NCBI GenBank assembly: GCA_965649765.1
Contig: OZ287751.1
Location: 44,268,001-44,332,000, forward strand
Length of the DNA: 64,000 bases
Reading direction: 5' to 3'
Source: Bispira polyomma
Lineage: Eukaryota
Part shown: piece by piece, positions 1-14,800 of the stretch
Position numbering within the stretch: position 1 is the stretch's first letter
How the letters are laid out: every line of letters begins with the position of its first letter
Notes under the pieces: generated by a model
The model's input: the letters and a program-made list of their open reading frames with translations, nothing else
Database searches by the model: none
What the model was told of the DNA's origin: nothing
Position numbers and translations under genes: made by a program

Positions 1-552
1 ATGTGTCAAATTTGCATATATTTCTATAATTTTCAATAACTCCCACAACATAGAGTACAGCACTCAATGCCTCCTTTATCTAATTATTCAGACAATTGTG
101 GGTGTATACAGAGAGTTCCCAAGAGCTAACCCAAAAAAAAAGCCACTGTTTGTCAGGCATTTTACAGCGGAATTCATTTCCCTTGTTACACCCAGGATAT
201 TGAAATTGATATTTTTTTCCTTTTCACAAGAATAATTTATATGAGCTTATTTTATGAAAAAAACACTATTTCTTGATGATGTCAGAGATTCAGATAAATT
301 TTTCTCTATGAATATTCAATGGCTTTACATTATGTGGTGTAATAGTTTTTATTTTTGAGTATGTTTGAATGTATTGGAAATCAATTGTTGGTGGATGACT
401 GGCATAATGATTATGGCATTATTATCATGGAAGCCATAATTAGGAAGCCTTTTATGCTGAAGGTCTTCCTGATCTTGAAAGTAGTCAGGAGAAAAAATTA
501 ATCTATCTAAACCCTGACACAGTGCTAGAGTTTTCTCTAAACTAAAAGGAAT

Positions 553-1130
553 GGTGTGTAATATTTCCTGGTGCCACCGGCCGTCACGTTAGAAATCGTT
601 TGAAAATTAATTTGCGTAGGTTTTGCGTGGTATTTGTGAGAGCTGACTTAGTATACATAAGCATACATAACCTGGCGTGAGGGATGAGATGCAAGAAATT
701 TGTAATTTTAAACCGTTTAAAATTTGGACACGCAATACATATAAAAGTATGACGTACTGAAACGTGAAATTTTGCATGACGTTGCGACAGTTCACGTTGG
801 TCAATGTGGATATGCGTCATAGTGTGTAAATGACGTGGTTTAACTTACTTAAACGTACCTAAATGTAAAAAATGACAGCCTCCAACGTCTATTGGCGTAG
901 TCGTATGTGTCATACGAGGGTTCAAATACGTACTTTGTTGTGAACTTATGCATCCCCTGCAAGACTATACAGCTTTTGACTTACTAATACATGATTTCAA
1001 CGTCTGTTGACGTCTGCAACGTGGAGAAAATTGCTAATTCGAGTTTTGCATGACGTTTTGCATCAACTATTTACAAGGCCCTTGCGTGACTAGCCTAACG
1101 TACATCTGGTGGGACCAGGGTATTACCCAT
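553..1130. mobile_element. Possible MITE (CpG-rich insert)
   Basis: Imperfect inverted ends gtaatatttcctggtgccacc / ggtgggaccagggtattac; CpG density far above the flanks. Confidence 0.4.
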
Positions 1131-3499
1131 GATATATGTCTTGGTTATTTTTGTATCTCATATTTGAGTTTAAGCATAAACATTAGTGTAGAGACTTTTT
1201 CTAGTTATGACCGTAGGACAAGAATGGTGACAGTCTGCAGTCATTAATGTTAATTGGAAGAATGCTGGAAAAATCAAAGCACTGAACCAAGACGTTTTCC
1301 AAAAGAAGTACTCTTTATAAATACTCCCCAAAATCTCAAATCTAATTTAGCCAGATTTATTGGTGGTTGAAACCAGTAGAATATGACTGTATATCTCTGT
1401 GAGTACATAAACCACCTACCTAAAGCAAGTACATAACATATTTTCCTAAGTAAAGGAAGAAGTTGCATTGAAACATCGAATGTGAAAAGCATTGAAAAAT
1501 GAATGCAGGCCACTTTGGTTTCAAATGTCATTTATTTATTAATTTTATGAGCATTTTTTGTGACAAAAAGTACGTTTATTGCTATAAAATAGTACTAAAT
1601 AATGCTAAATAAACAAGTATTTAGTGCAAGTACTATAACTTTCAAAATAGTTTTCTATATATAAGATATGCAGTCTCATGATAGATATTAATCATTTGGA
1701 ATTTTGTAAAAACTCATGTGAGAGTTTTCTAAGGATTAGCTTGGTGTAGTAAATCTAGAAATATTGGCTTTTTCTTGACCATGTTTCAGCTATCTGATAT
1801 GTAATATGTATAAATTCAAAACCTTTTAATAATTTGCATGTACGTACGTAGATGTTGATAATACCACTCAAGGCATGTTTATTTTTCTTTACAATAAAGC
1901 ATATTTTCCTGTACTTTAATCATTTATATTCTTAAACTAGCTTATTCTTGCGACAATATTTTCTGTTGTTTTGTTCTTAAAACCATGATGGACAGTATTA
2001 TGACCTGAGTGGTATTATGAATGCTGCTTCATAATGTATCCATTTCCATACACTAGATGTCACTTTTGTTGTAAAAACTTGCTGTCTGAAGGAAATGTTC
2101 ATTGTTTCATTCATAGAGTGGAGGCCCTATATTAAAGTTAGTTTGCTTTTTGCAAAGAAACTACATACTACATGGGACATTGATTCCGTCAGAAATGAAT
2201 GGCTAGGCTTCATTTCATTTGAAACTTAATTGCATCATCTAATCTCTCCAAATGAGTTCTAAAGCGTTCCCCAAAGCCTTTTGACTGACTAGCAAAATAC
2301 TTGAAGGAAAATATGTAAACGACAAAAATATCTTCACATGAAAATATATAAAGGATAAAAATGTCTCCTCAGAAAAAAGAGTAAAATTGCTGAAAAAAAG
2401 TTATTTAATAAAATAAGTTTTTTGTGATGGTTAACTCAATACGAAGCCCCCAAAATACTGAAAACCATGATGCCATCAGAATATGACTATGGGGAACAGT
2501 CATGGGCAACATTTCTTCAGTGCAATAGCAATATCACAAAGAATTGGACTTTTTTTGGAATCCAATCAATCATAAGCAGTGTAGCATTATAATTCTACTT
2601 GATTGCAAGACCGTCTTACGCTGAAAATACCAATACAAGGAGAACTTTTTTTGGCCCCTCATGATTTGCGCCCTATTTGCTTTGTGATCTTGGGGAACAT
2701 AAATTGCCTTTCTTCTCTTTGCAGTGACAAATTATTGGCTCCGTCTAACAATCGTCTTGTGAATAGCCCTTAGCCACTGTTTGCAGTGAAAAAACCCCAC
2801 TAAAGTACATTGGATATTTGGGGCATAGTTACCTTAAAACCCTCTGATAAGAAGATTTGTTTCTTTTAGTGTCAAAGAATGTTGTTCTTTCCCATTTATG
2901 GACAATTTGTGTGATAATGAGGCCATAAATATGTCCATGGGCTTTTATTGAAATAGGATTGTGTCGTAAAAAAAACACACATATCGATCAGTGGTAAATT
3001 TTGTGAATAACTTGATAAGATACAGTAGGAATAACTGTCATATAAAAACATAAAACAAATCCAAAAACTGTAGTCAATATCCTTTGACCCATTTAATAAT
3101 TGTACACACATGTGTATTGTATTTAGGTTCAACGTTATTGCTTGTGATGTAGTGCTTAGTACTTTTTGTCTCTTCATGCTTCAAATAATCCATGGCATCA
3201 ATATTTACAATATAATATATATTAAACCTATGTAGCATAGCGCAACATGTTGCTGGTAAAAAAATCTATTGGTCAGATTGTGCTAAATCTGATCAGGCTG
3301 ACCATGCCCTCAAGCTATATAACAAAACTGATAGTGTCATTTTTGTTGTGAAGAACATTAATTTTGCTAAATAGGAACATAGGTGATGTTAATTTGGCCT
3401 TTGTTTAGAATAACCAGTAAAATCAACAGAAAGTCAATTTAAATATGGGACAATTAGCCAGGTCAGCCACAGTCATTGTATTATATTTTGCAATTTTAA

Positions 3500-3845
3500 C
3501 GCGCCTTATTAATGTGAGACATCTTCTAAAGCGCAACAACAGAATCAATCAACCAATAGGAAAGTTTTAAAAACATAGCCAAATTGTAAGGAAGGGTGTG
3601 GGGTGTACAGGAAGGGTCACCTAAGGGGGGTAAGTGAGTCTGAAGAGATAGGTTTTAAGTTTTCTCCTAAACCCAGAAAGTGTTTCCAGTGATCTAAGCT
3701 TAACTGGGAGACTATTGTATGAATATACTTCATATCTTGTCAACTATACTAAACCGTATTTAGTGGTCTCAGTTATCAGAGTACCAGGCTGGCACTTATG
3801 GGATAGGTTGTGGTCATTATGTAAACCCAGGTCATTACGAATATA
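3500..3845 (-). mobile_element. L2/CR1-clade LINE 3' fragment
   Basis: YNSLP...GFRRKLKTYLF on the minus strand. Confidence 0.65.
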
Positions 3846-4277
3846 TGTCTACTTTAATTCGGTTTTGTTGAACTATCGCTTTTTAAAGGTGATATTATAT
3901 TATTTATTGTCCACTTTAATTGTACATTTGTAGTAGTTTGTAATAAATGTTTAACTGCAATGTTTTCCTGTATTAAACCACCAAGGGTCAAGTTTTTGTC
4001 ACTTGGCTACCAAGGAACTACCAGTAAATATACAAAATCTAAATATATAGACATGCTTATAAGCTACTTTTTGTCTTTTACTTTCTTTACTGAAAGTCTT
4101 TTTGTTGGAGACAGTTGTTATGGTTGTTATATATACAGAATCAGAATCAAAGATCTTGTAAATGAATTTATGTTTGCATACTGTTACAATGTGACTAAAA
4201 TCTGACTGGAAGGTAATAAATGGAATACATCTGGGCTTGACTTTGATGACACTGGCTGAGCCATTGTGAGGTGATGC

Positions 4278-4850
4278 TTATCTAATCTAATCTAGTCCTT
4301 TTTAGGCACTAAATCTTCCCTCTAGGAGAACTAAAAGCACCATTATATCCTAATCATAGGCAAAATTTATAGTAAAAGGGGCATAGCTGAGGTCGTCAAC
4401 AAAAAGATTAGCTTTCAGCCAAGGGAAAGGAGGGCTATGCTGGAAAGGCTTGTTTGAAAAGGTCTCAGAGACTTAAAATATTTTTCAAAAGATGATATCC
4501 TCTTTTTTGTCCTGATGTGGAGTGGGAGATTATTCCAGAGAGAAAGAAAAATATATGACGCTGAGATGTCCAAATGACTACTGTATGGACAGCTGGAGTT
4601 TGCATATTTCAGAAGCTGGAGAAAATTCTGATCAGGGTTACTCACCAGTCACTGTGAATGAACTGTATGGATGTATAATTTGTTTGAAGTAAACTGGTTT
4701 GAAAAATGTATTGTCTTGTTGGCCAGGAGGTGCATTTTAAAAGTATGGAATTTAAACCTGTATTAAGCAGTAATTTGTGTGTGAAGGCCCTATTGTAAAA
4801 GTCTTGCTTTATGTTTACCCTATGTATTAAGGCCACCAAGCTACATATAG
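4278..4850 (-). mobile_element. L2/CR1-clade LINE 3' fragment
   Basis: LWNNLPLHIR...SFEKYFKS on the minus strand, with a (tagat)n tail. Confidence 0.65.
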
Positions 4851-5521
4851 CACATTTCTGATTGCCATGAACGGGTAGTTTGTCTGTACTTGCAGATCTT
4901 TAAGGTTCAGAAATATATCTTCTAATATGACACAGTTTCCTTTAAATGTGCTGTCCATTTGCTGATGTTGCTACTTGATATTTGCTGCAGAGAAAAAATA
5001 GATTGTACAATAAATGTTTCACTGAAAATAATGAAATCTAATCTAATCTAATCAACTCTGTAATGGTGCTTAATCTCCATACCAGCAGATTATAAGGCGC
5101 AACAATCAGAATCATGGTTCAGTAGTGTAAAAAACCATATTTAAAACAGTTCAGTGTAGATTCTACAGTTGTTTAGCTTAGGGTGTAATTTAGAAGCCTT
5201 CTTGGGACATATTTATTGTCAATGATGATAAAGGGTTATAAAAGCAGGGTTATGAATTATACTTTAGAATCTGGTATAGAAACCTTTGGGACCAGAACAC
5301 TGTTTTTATATGCACACATTAAACAGCTGTAGAAGGTCTATGAAAGAAGTGGGAGTTTTATGTATTACTTGGGAAGTTTTTATCTTATTACAAAACATTC
5401 TGGAATGCTATATTTGATAAGACTTTTCACGGTGATGTAATACAAAACAAAGTGAAGTGATAAGTTATAACACTGATAATCTTCTATAAATTATTAAAAA
5501 AAATGACATTTTACATGTATA

Positions 5522-6760
5522 TGTTACAGTCAATCTGTGAAACCAGTCATTACGCGTAATGACTGAAACTTTCAGTCATTTCGCGTAATGACTAATACCA
5601 CCAGTCATTACGCGTAATGACTAAAATTTCTAGTCATTTCGCGTAATGACTGAAAGTATATTAAGCAGACAATAATATTATATATCATGCTCACATATGT
5701 AAATTACAATTAAAGTATGGATAATTACTAAAGTATGGATGTATTGACTAAAGCTCACATACAAATTAAAAAACAAAACAATCTGTTCTTTAGTACTGTT
5801 CTTTAGGAATAAAAACTTTTTTACATGCATCATACTCTTTGTAAAGCTCTGCTTTAAATTGATCTTCAAATGACTCTGCCATTATAACAATCAACACCAA
5901 ATGATGTGTAATTGATGTAGAATTCCAAATAGTTACATTAGACTGTCTTACTGAGGGGCTATTTATACTCAAAAATGTACTCAAGGTTTAGTTGGGCTTA
6001 GCTAAATCCCTACTCAGGCTTTCACGCAGTTCAGAAATTCCATAAAGATAAACTTTTGTTGTTCAGCAACACAAATAAGACAATTACAAAAGAAGGTATA
6101 TGCTGAATTGCACTTAAAGCAATACCAGTGGACAAGATTAACTTCAATGTATTCATCAACTACTTCTGGTTTCTTCGAACTTCGATTTCAAATAAAAAAA
6201 CACATCAGACAAATGGCCTTTTTAAAAATCAAAGAAGTTACACTTACAATTCACTTTTTGAAGACAAATTAAGAAATATTTTCAAATTTTATCTTGTCAT
6301 AAACACAATATATAACCCCACTTGAGATACTTATAATGCATAAAATAATGTTAATTCGCACAATATAATTCACATCTGAGATACTTCTATTACATGAAAT
6401 AATTATGAATTTAAACAATCCTTCATAGAATTTAAGTACACCTGCTTCTGTTAAAAATAAATAAAAAAGTTACAGACAGATGGTTTTGCATTAAAATATT
6501 CAAAGACATACTATATAAATTTAAACAATCTTTCATAGAATTTAAGTCTACCTGCTGCTGTTGAAAGAAATTAAAAAAATGCTGATTAGACAATCTATGT
6601 AAAAACTATTACCAACACCATTACACAGATTGACTGAAATCAAATGATACTGATCAGTCAATCTGTGTAAAAATGAACCATCAATTTTAATCATTACGCG
6701 AAATGACTGGAAATTTTAGTCATTACGCGTAATGACTGGTTTCACAGATTGACTGTAACA
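5522..6760 (-). mobile_element. Non-autonomous DNA transposon, probably Ginger2/TDD-derived
   Basis: Long TIRs tgttacagtcaatctgtgaaaccagtcattacgcgtaatgact..., TGT...ACA ends, TATA on both flanks; minus-strand remnant MAESFEDQFKAELYKEYDACKKVFIPKEQY. The element itself is clear; the family call is less certain. Confidence 0.75.
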
Positions 6761-7649
6761 TATATACCGGTAATACTACCATATATATCTATTCGTAATA
6801 ATTTGGTGTGCAGAAACCAATTTCCTTTCCGGGTTTGTTAGATTAAAATGATTTAGTCAGTATTTAGTCAAAAGATGTTTTATTTTACAATTCTCTTATT
6901 ATTTTGTTATGGATGATGCTTCCAATTGACTTTAATTTGAGAAACATTTTTCAGCAATTTAACTATATGACGTATTCATAGAAAAATAATAGATGAATTT
7001 ATAATATTAGAAAAATCTGCAACTGAAGTCTACTCAATAAGGCACATTGGGGCCAACAATATACGAAGAACAGTTTAGTTATTTCATGTGTCAATTAAAG
7101 TATTTTTTACTTATTGTTTTACATGTCAAATATCATATATGTTCCACTTATTGGGGATTTGAATTATATAATAATTTAAATTTTCCTCAACAAGAAGCAG
7201 AAGCGGAGCATTAAGGCAAAACTTTGTCTTATTCCACGAAGTAATTTGAAAAATGAAGAAGCACAACCATTACATGCATTTGCAACACAACATGTTATAT
7301 TAGTAGACAGCATCTTAATGGTAGAAACCAAAGGTAAAAGCTTTTAGTAACTTGAAGAGAAATGTTAAACTAATAGAATCAAAGACCTTTTGAAAATCTA
7401 ATACAATAAGCAGTCAAGGCTATTTAAATTGATCGCAGTAATTGAGTAGGTCAGTTATAGTACCTGTACTTTCACCTCTGAATCTTCCCTCTAAGGTTAC
7501 CAACCTGATCTGATCTCATCTAGTTTGCACCAAAATGTTTTGCAAATGAGAAGTATAAATTTTAGTCCATGTTTTATAAATGGTACCTAAAATTCTAGTT
7601 AGTCCCAGTTCTCTAGTTGACATAAATATTTTATTTTTGAACTAAGTCA

Positions 7650-7674
7650 ATGATTCCATTTTTTCTAGGTAAGT
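7650..7674 (+). promoter_or_regulatory. Candidate recursive splice site (YAG|GTAAGT)
   Basis: ttccattttttctag|gtaagt: pyrimidine tract, AG and a perfect donor, within the long upstream intron. Confidence 0.45.
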
Positions 7675-8735
7675 GATGACAATTTTATGCAGCATTTGTG
7701 GGGCAATATAGCAAGCTTTTTATGCTTAATTGATAAATGAATGAAAAATGGGTGTTTTTGTGAACAAAATCTTTCTACTGGCTTTGATATGAAACTGTGT
7801 TTACCGAGATGCTTAAAATCTTCCAGTTGCTAAGAATGGGTATTAACCAAAATGAAAGGACTATTTTTACATCTTCACGTCAAAAGGCTTTTAAGGAAAT
7901 GAAACCAGCTTATAAGAAATGGGGAATAATAGAGATGTAGATGGCATGTAATACTTTCTGATGGTTTCAGCTAAAAGAGTTTTGAAACAGAAACAGTTCC
8001 TTTGATAGCAATTTTACTGACAAATAAATAAAATAAATCGTGTTAGTAAGGGCTTATATAAAATGGGCATTTGTAAAAAATTAAAACTAAAGTAAAAGAC
8101 AGGTTGTGGGAGTTTTAGTTATTATTAGTTAGTTTTTCAGGCCAGAATAATTGTAAGTCTTTTAGACAATTGAAACCTTCTGAAAGAAAACGCTACTGGA
8201 ACACTATTACCTTAAGAAATGTCTTAAGGGTGTCATTTCCCCAGATATATACCCCAGTTATAAGTAGCCTATCTATCAAAATGGTTGCCTAAATATATTG
8301 GGCACCAATATGGAAGCCAATTATGTGTTAATGTTTCTTTTAAAAAAGTCCATGAGTATAAGTTAAAATTTCATTCATGACTGTCCAGTTTGTGAAATAG
8401 ACTGCAAAAACTCCACATTGGGCTTTCTACCAATTTAGTTAAACATGGTACCCAGGCTGATGGTACCATTTTGAAATTCAGATATCAAATTCTCTAACCA
8501 GACTGTCTAATGAATTTTATATGGTACAAGATGCATGCCAACGCCTGTTCTGCTGGTAAAAACCTCAATTCTACCAGATGAGAGTTTTTCAACTATGATA
8601 CACAAATGTATGTAGGTAGTCACTGACCAAATGTTTAAAACATGATAGATTGTAATTGGGTTGAAGTTATTTTCTTAACTATGTCAGAGCCGTTACCCGG
8701 TATAGTATATTTATCATAGTTTTTGTTTCTTACAG

Positions 8736-8846
8736 GATTATGTATTAGAAGTGCCGAAGGTTGTGAAGATTGATGGCAACGAAATGATTCGCGAGATGAA
8801 AAAAGATATGGAAGAGATGTTGAGTAAAAAGGTGGATGCTCTCAAA
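8736..8846 (+). CDS. CACNA2D: alpha2delta exon ([37 protein letters not shown])
   Basis: tacag|...|gtaagt, 111 nt, phase 0-0; resembles the IDG...MEEM..KK..A segment of alpha2delta-3. Confidence 0.92.
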
Positions 8847-11800
8847 GTAAGTAACAGTCTTCTACAGACTCTATTTTCAAAATTATATGTCGCAGTAGCC
8901 ATGGCAATCTCCCATTGCAGTTTTCTTAAACATTGTTCTGAACAGGGATTAGAGTTTCAATTGTGACCTTTTTGTAACATATTTACATGTTAGCCTACGC
9001 TTCCTTTCAGCACATTCCGACATTGGCCGATTTGTGTGTGTCAGAGCCGATCCAATGTTGGCCGATGTATTGCTTCCTTTCATCAAATATGTAGTAAATA
9101 TTTTACCCTAATTTTTTTTTTTTTTCTAAAGTTTTATTCAAAAATCGGACAGTCCTCCTGATTTTTCCCCTTCCAGACCGATAAAATATGGTGGCATAAC
9201 AGACGTCGGCCAATGTCTGATCTGATCTGTTCAAATATGCTGAAAGGAAGCACTTGGTTATATCAAATAAGGACTTATAAAATCAGCAGACGTCGCCAGA
9301 GAAAAACATGCTGAAAGGAAGCTTAGGCTTAATGTATTCTGTTTCGAGTGAATTGTATCAATAAACTCTGATTCAGGACAATTTCTCTGTCCAGACTTTG
9401 TCCTAGGAGAAACTCTGATCCTAGTTTGTCCTAGAACAATCTGAGATTGTCCTGAATAAGAGTCTTTTGTGAGACATATATATATGTAAGACATTAACAC
9501 TGCTAAATTGTTATAGTTTTAATTTATTGTAATAAAAACTTTGTGAGGTTTTGTACAGATAGACACTAAACTTAGGACTTTATATTTTAGTTAGCTTTGG
9601 AAATTGTAATCTTATGTTGGTCAGAACCCTGTTTAGATGATTTTGATTCCTGTGGTTGCCAAACCACACAACTGACAAACCACATGTCACTGGAATACGA
9701 TTAGATTATCGTCAGGTTTTACATTTGTTTATGGGGGTAAAATAACACCATCTATTTCCGTCGTGAAAGAATCAAGACCTTTAATATAGCATAACAGTTA
9801 AGACTTTGATCTAGTGATTAAAGGGTCTCCAGTTGGATTACTGGTCATGTCACAGTAGTTCTTGGGGGATAACATTGTTGGGCAAGATGTCAACATACCA
9901 TTGCCTGAACACGACCAATGTTATGTTGTAAGATTGTCTTTTCGTGGACAAGGACCAATAATTTGATGCTATATACATGCTTTCTGATAGCCTGATCATA
10001 CAAATTGTATGGAAGTTGTAGTAATATAATTTTATGATCAATTTATCATATGGAGAGGTATATTATGTGCAATCCATGTCATTGTGCAAATTTAAAAGCC
10101 ATTATATACAGTCAAATCCCTTTAAGTAGAACTCTAATAAGTGGAATTACCTGTTAAGTGGAAGTTATTTTAAGGTTTCATTGCTACATTTCTCAATAAA
10201 ATTAACAGAACTTAACAGGGTTCCACTGTATGTTTAAAAAAGTTGTTTGAGTTATGGATGTAAAAGAGAGACGAGATATAATGAAAATTAAATGATGATC
10301 ATAGAAGTAAGGAGTATTTATGTACTTAAACTACGACAAGATATTGACAACAGTACACTCTTTGTCCTGTACACATCTCTAAATTAATACAATATAGCTT
10401 TTAAGTTAGAGCTTTATCATTGGTGTGTAGGTAGCAGTTGCATGCTGACAATGAGCTGTCCATATCACAGTTTACAAAATTTATCATTTGTTGTTGACTG
10501 TCACAAAACTAAGAGTTTTTGTTTTGTATATCGGCCTTAATGAATACCTTAAGTTCTGATATGCCAATGTTTTTTCCAACTCTTTCCTGTTGCAAGTCAA
10601 TAAAATATTTTTTTCTGTTTTGTTACCAATCAACGGGAAAATAGTGATTTTTCAATCTAAAATTGTATAAAAAATACCCAATTATTTGCAAGCATATTAG
10701 GTTGGTTTTGTTGAGTATTAATTATATTTTTAAATAGATGCCTTTAAGAAGTTGAGTGAAGTACATGTAGTTTGAATCTGTCTTTGTATGGTCAGGTTAG
10801 CTCCAGACATATGCTATCTCCATGTTTTTATGTACTTTGTGGATATATCTAATATCATTCTGAAGGAAATATAACCAAAATAACATTTATTTAGTGACTC
10901 TCTCCATATTGTAAGTTTATGTCTACTAAAAAACAAGTGGAATTCTACATCAACGCCCAGTAATAAAATACAACAATAATACAGCCTTCGTTACGACTTG
11001 GGTCTGTTTTTCCTGGACTATTTCTTGGTTGATCAGTGTTGATGATTTAGACACATTAAAAGTCCATCACATACAATATATCTCATTCTGAGCAGGCTTC
11101 TAGGGTCCTGTATTTTTTATTGTTTTCTATGATGTTGTACATCTGAACCTCGACATCACCTCTGGGTTGTGAGTTAATAGGCTCACCCCAGTGTAATTCC
11201 TTCTACTTGCATGGTTTTATTGACATCAGACAGAACACCAAACATAAACTACACCACTCTGGTTTGCCTTGGAAGTGATGTGTTTTTCCTGAACTTTACT
11301 CCATCTAAGTGTTTAAAAAAATCGCTCGACAAGCCTTTCTATGTTTTATACCTACAGCTATTTCATATAGCAAAACTCATTGTGTCAAGAAAAGGAAAAA
11401 ACTCAAATGATGTTTAGGTTTGTACAAACTAAAAGTTGACATATATGATTTTAATGTTAGAGCAAATATATAATGATTAAGGTATAATTATACTTAAATA
11501 AGTGAAAATTAAATAGAAAGCCGGCTCTAACGATTGTAGTTGGCAAGTGCTAAATGTCCTAGATAATACATTGATGTACTGCTACCCACATTTCCATTGC
11601 AGGGGAAAAAAGGAAACACTAGGCCCAAGAAATTTTAACCTCCCCATTTAGAGCATTAGCAATTCAATGCATTGTCCCATACTAAGACCACTATTGAAAT
11701 AAATTGCCTGATCTGATTACCATCTTTCATAACTGTCCTTGGCAGGGTTAATGGGTTAAAAGCTGTGGAATGCAAATTTTACCAATCTGGGCCTTCGGGT

Positions 11801-14800
11801 TTTTTTGTTTTCTTCTCTCGTTTCTCGCTATTTTTTTTTACTGCTGCAGTTGTTACATGAATTGTTAGAAATTCCATTAGTACTAAGTCTTTGAAGGTCC
11901 AGAGACTTTAAGCAAATGCGGTATGACGTACTTCTAACCAGATTAAAATAAAGATGATGGGTTGTGCTATGTATTATTAAGGTATTATGAAGTACTTCTG
12001 TTAAGCTTGTGTTAAACTTAAGGTAGATATTTACATTGATGACTCTGTTTAAAACATGGCATGTCACTTGTACCCAAGCCACCAAATCTGTTTGCTGTGT
12101 CAACTACAGTCTGATTATTATAAAAGTCCTATAGTGGTCATTAGTGATTTTGGCTTTTTATATTATCCCACTATCTTTCTATAATCTATGGAGTGTTGTT
12201 TTCACCAGATTGTCTGAATGGGCTTTACTGGGAGTCGAGGCAGGCGATCACTGCTTAAATTTGTCCGGGCTAGCTCTCGGAACCATGAGGCTAAAGAACT
12301 GTCACGAGTTTTGATAACGCATGTCGGCGAACCTGAAATTCTTGTTACTTGGTAGTCAATTCTTTGCTTTTCTCCATTACAATTTTTCCATCTATTGAAG
12401 CTTATTATTCGACCCACATGGTGGAGTCGGCTCTAAGATCCTAATGTATTGCTAGATAGTCGCTGACATAATAAAAAAACAAACCATTTTCCCACCCTTT
12501 TCATGGAGTATTATGAAGAATCGAACTTCTCTATCATTCTCCAACATTCCCTGTTATACTCACAGCACCCTCTTCTAGGTGGGACCGAGATATTAACAAT
12601 GGATACTCATCTTTGACTTGCGGTTACAAAAAATGCTCCAAAGAGATTTTTGTGAGTGAATGAATTTCTAGATTCAGTAGACATTTGTACACAATAAATA
12701 ACCTTCTAACCATTTGCTCATTGGAAAGTAAATAAACCCCTCCATCTCTTGGACTGTTATGGTCATGTGACAAAGGATCACATGATTTAAAAAACTTTCT
12801 TAGTGGAACCACAAACTCAGGCTGTAATATGTTTTCTTTAAATTTCAGAATCTTGTCAAGGTTGCAGAACAAGCTTATGCAGACCACACATATAATGCAA
12901 CAATTAAGGTAGGTTGAAACAGTCATTTAAGGTAGGTTGAACAGTCGTTCCAGTGTGTTATTCTTGCATGTCAGGGAATGACATTTGTTGGTACTGCTTG
13001 GCTGTACCTGGGCAGTCAGGTAGAGGTTAATTAAAGCTTTAAATACCAGATAAATGTATTTTAAAGGACATTTTTGTCTGCTGTTTCTTTAACATTCATT
13101 CCAAGTGACAATTTCCACTGGTATACAGTGATGGTGCAGTCATATTTTATCTTTAGACATGTTCCGCTAACTGACAGTTTGTATCTTGAGGCATTTCCTG
13201 CTAATGACTTTTTATGCTTTTCTAATGCCTTGGTTCTGATATGTAGTGTCATTGCCCTTAAGAAATAACAACACATTATTACACTGATATATTTGGATCT
13301 AGTATTCGCGAGCGTATTATAACTCATACTTAACTCAAATCTGGATTTTCTATAACTCTGGAGTAAACATATCTAAAATATCATTTCATATTTTAATTCC
13401 ATGTTCAAAGCTCTATTAAAATGAATGACCACAAGTTTAATGTAATTTACATGTACAATGATTACCACATGGACTATATCTTTAACTTGAGTATGAGTTT
13501 AACCATGAGTTTATTTCAAGAATACCAGGCCTGATTTCTTACAACTTAACAGAAAAAAGTAGCCTAAATCTTCAGAGACTGTTGCATTGTAATGTTTTCA
13601 GATCGAATATCCAAAAGCAAAGAAGTTGAATCTGTCAGAGTTTGAAGTAGAAGAAAATGAACATTTTAACTTCATTGAAGTGAACCTTAATAAAAGTTCA
13701 GTACATGTGCCCACAAATGTATATGATGAGTGTAAGTATTATATCATTACCTTAGATGACATAAATGCAAAATAGTTACTACAGTAGACTCTAGATAACT
13801 TGAACCAGTAGAAGTGGAGTTTCTTCATAACTAGAAGCAATGTTCTGGTCTCAAAATTCAAAACTAGTTATTTTATGTTATGTGGCAGTCCACACTGTTT
13901 CTCGCCATGTTTATACTAGTTTAATCCTGATTATTAGAACTTGGCTGGTCGGGAAAGAATGGGAGGAAAATGTTTATTTGCATTTGCATATATTGAGTTC
14001 ATGCCCCGTTTATGTCATGATTAGCCCTGTTTATGCCCAGAAAATGCCCAGTTTAGACCAGATCTCACCAGTTTATGATGAATTTATGCCAAGACCAGAC
14101 CAGATCTAAGCAGTTTATCACACGTTCATGTATTGTTGCTCCAGATTACACCAAATTACTCCAGTTCTGGCCAGATCACACAACTTTTAAGCAGTTTAAG
14201 CCCTGTTTATGCCCTGTTTAGGCCCCAACCACATCCCTTCTTTCCAGTTCCCTACAGCTGTGCTTTTAAAGCCGACCACCCACAGAAGTTTCAAACATGT
14301 TCAAAATTTTCACATCGAGAGTAAACGGCCCTATAGAATGTGAACAGTGTGACTGTCACACAAAGTATATGTCGACGTCAGCCATAACTCCCCCTAAATA
14401 ATCCTGTGGCTATTTGACATTTGACCTGTATAGAGTCTACTCTCATATAGTTTACATGATGAGACGTGGGGTTTCAAAACGGAAGATATATAAACATTCA
14501 AAAATACTTTATTCCATACTTTTGTGGTGACAAACTTGGACAGTTGGTAAAAGCAAAAGATAGTTACTAATTTTAATTTGAGTCCCACAGAGAGTGCCAG
14601 AGCGTAAAAAATACATAAATCCGCAGAAAAACACTGTCATCTTTAATACACTGACAATTCAAAACACTACCCTGCAGTACATAAGTAGTAGTATTTAAAG
14701 GAAACAGATATCCTTTAAATTTGCGCTATTTGTGTTTTTAAGGAAGATGACAAGTCCACATAATACATATTTTGGCTAAAGAGTACTTTTATACACATTT

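Noticed and set aside
2725-2775. Upstream alpha2delta exon
   Set aside because: Acceptor-like site, but no frame resembles the expected W-containing N-terminal helix; earlier exons probably lie outside the window.
12202-12417. CpG-rich exon-like stretch and minus-strand ORF
   Set aside because: No alpha2delta similarity, and the flanking exons already join without a gap; probably a repeat fragment.
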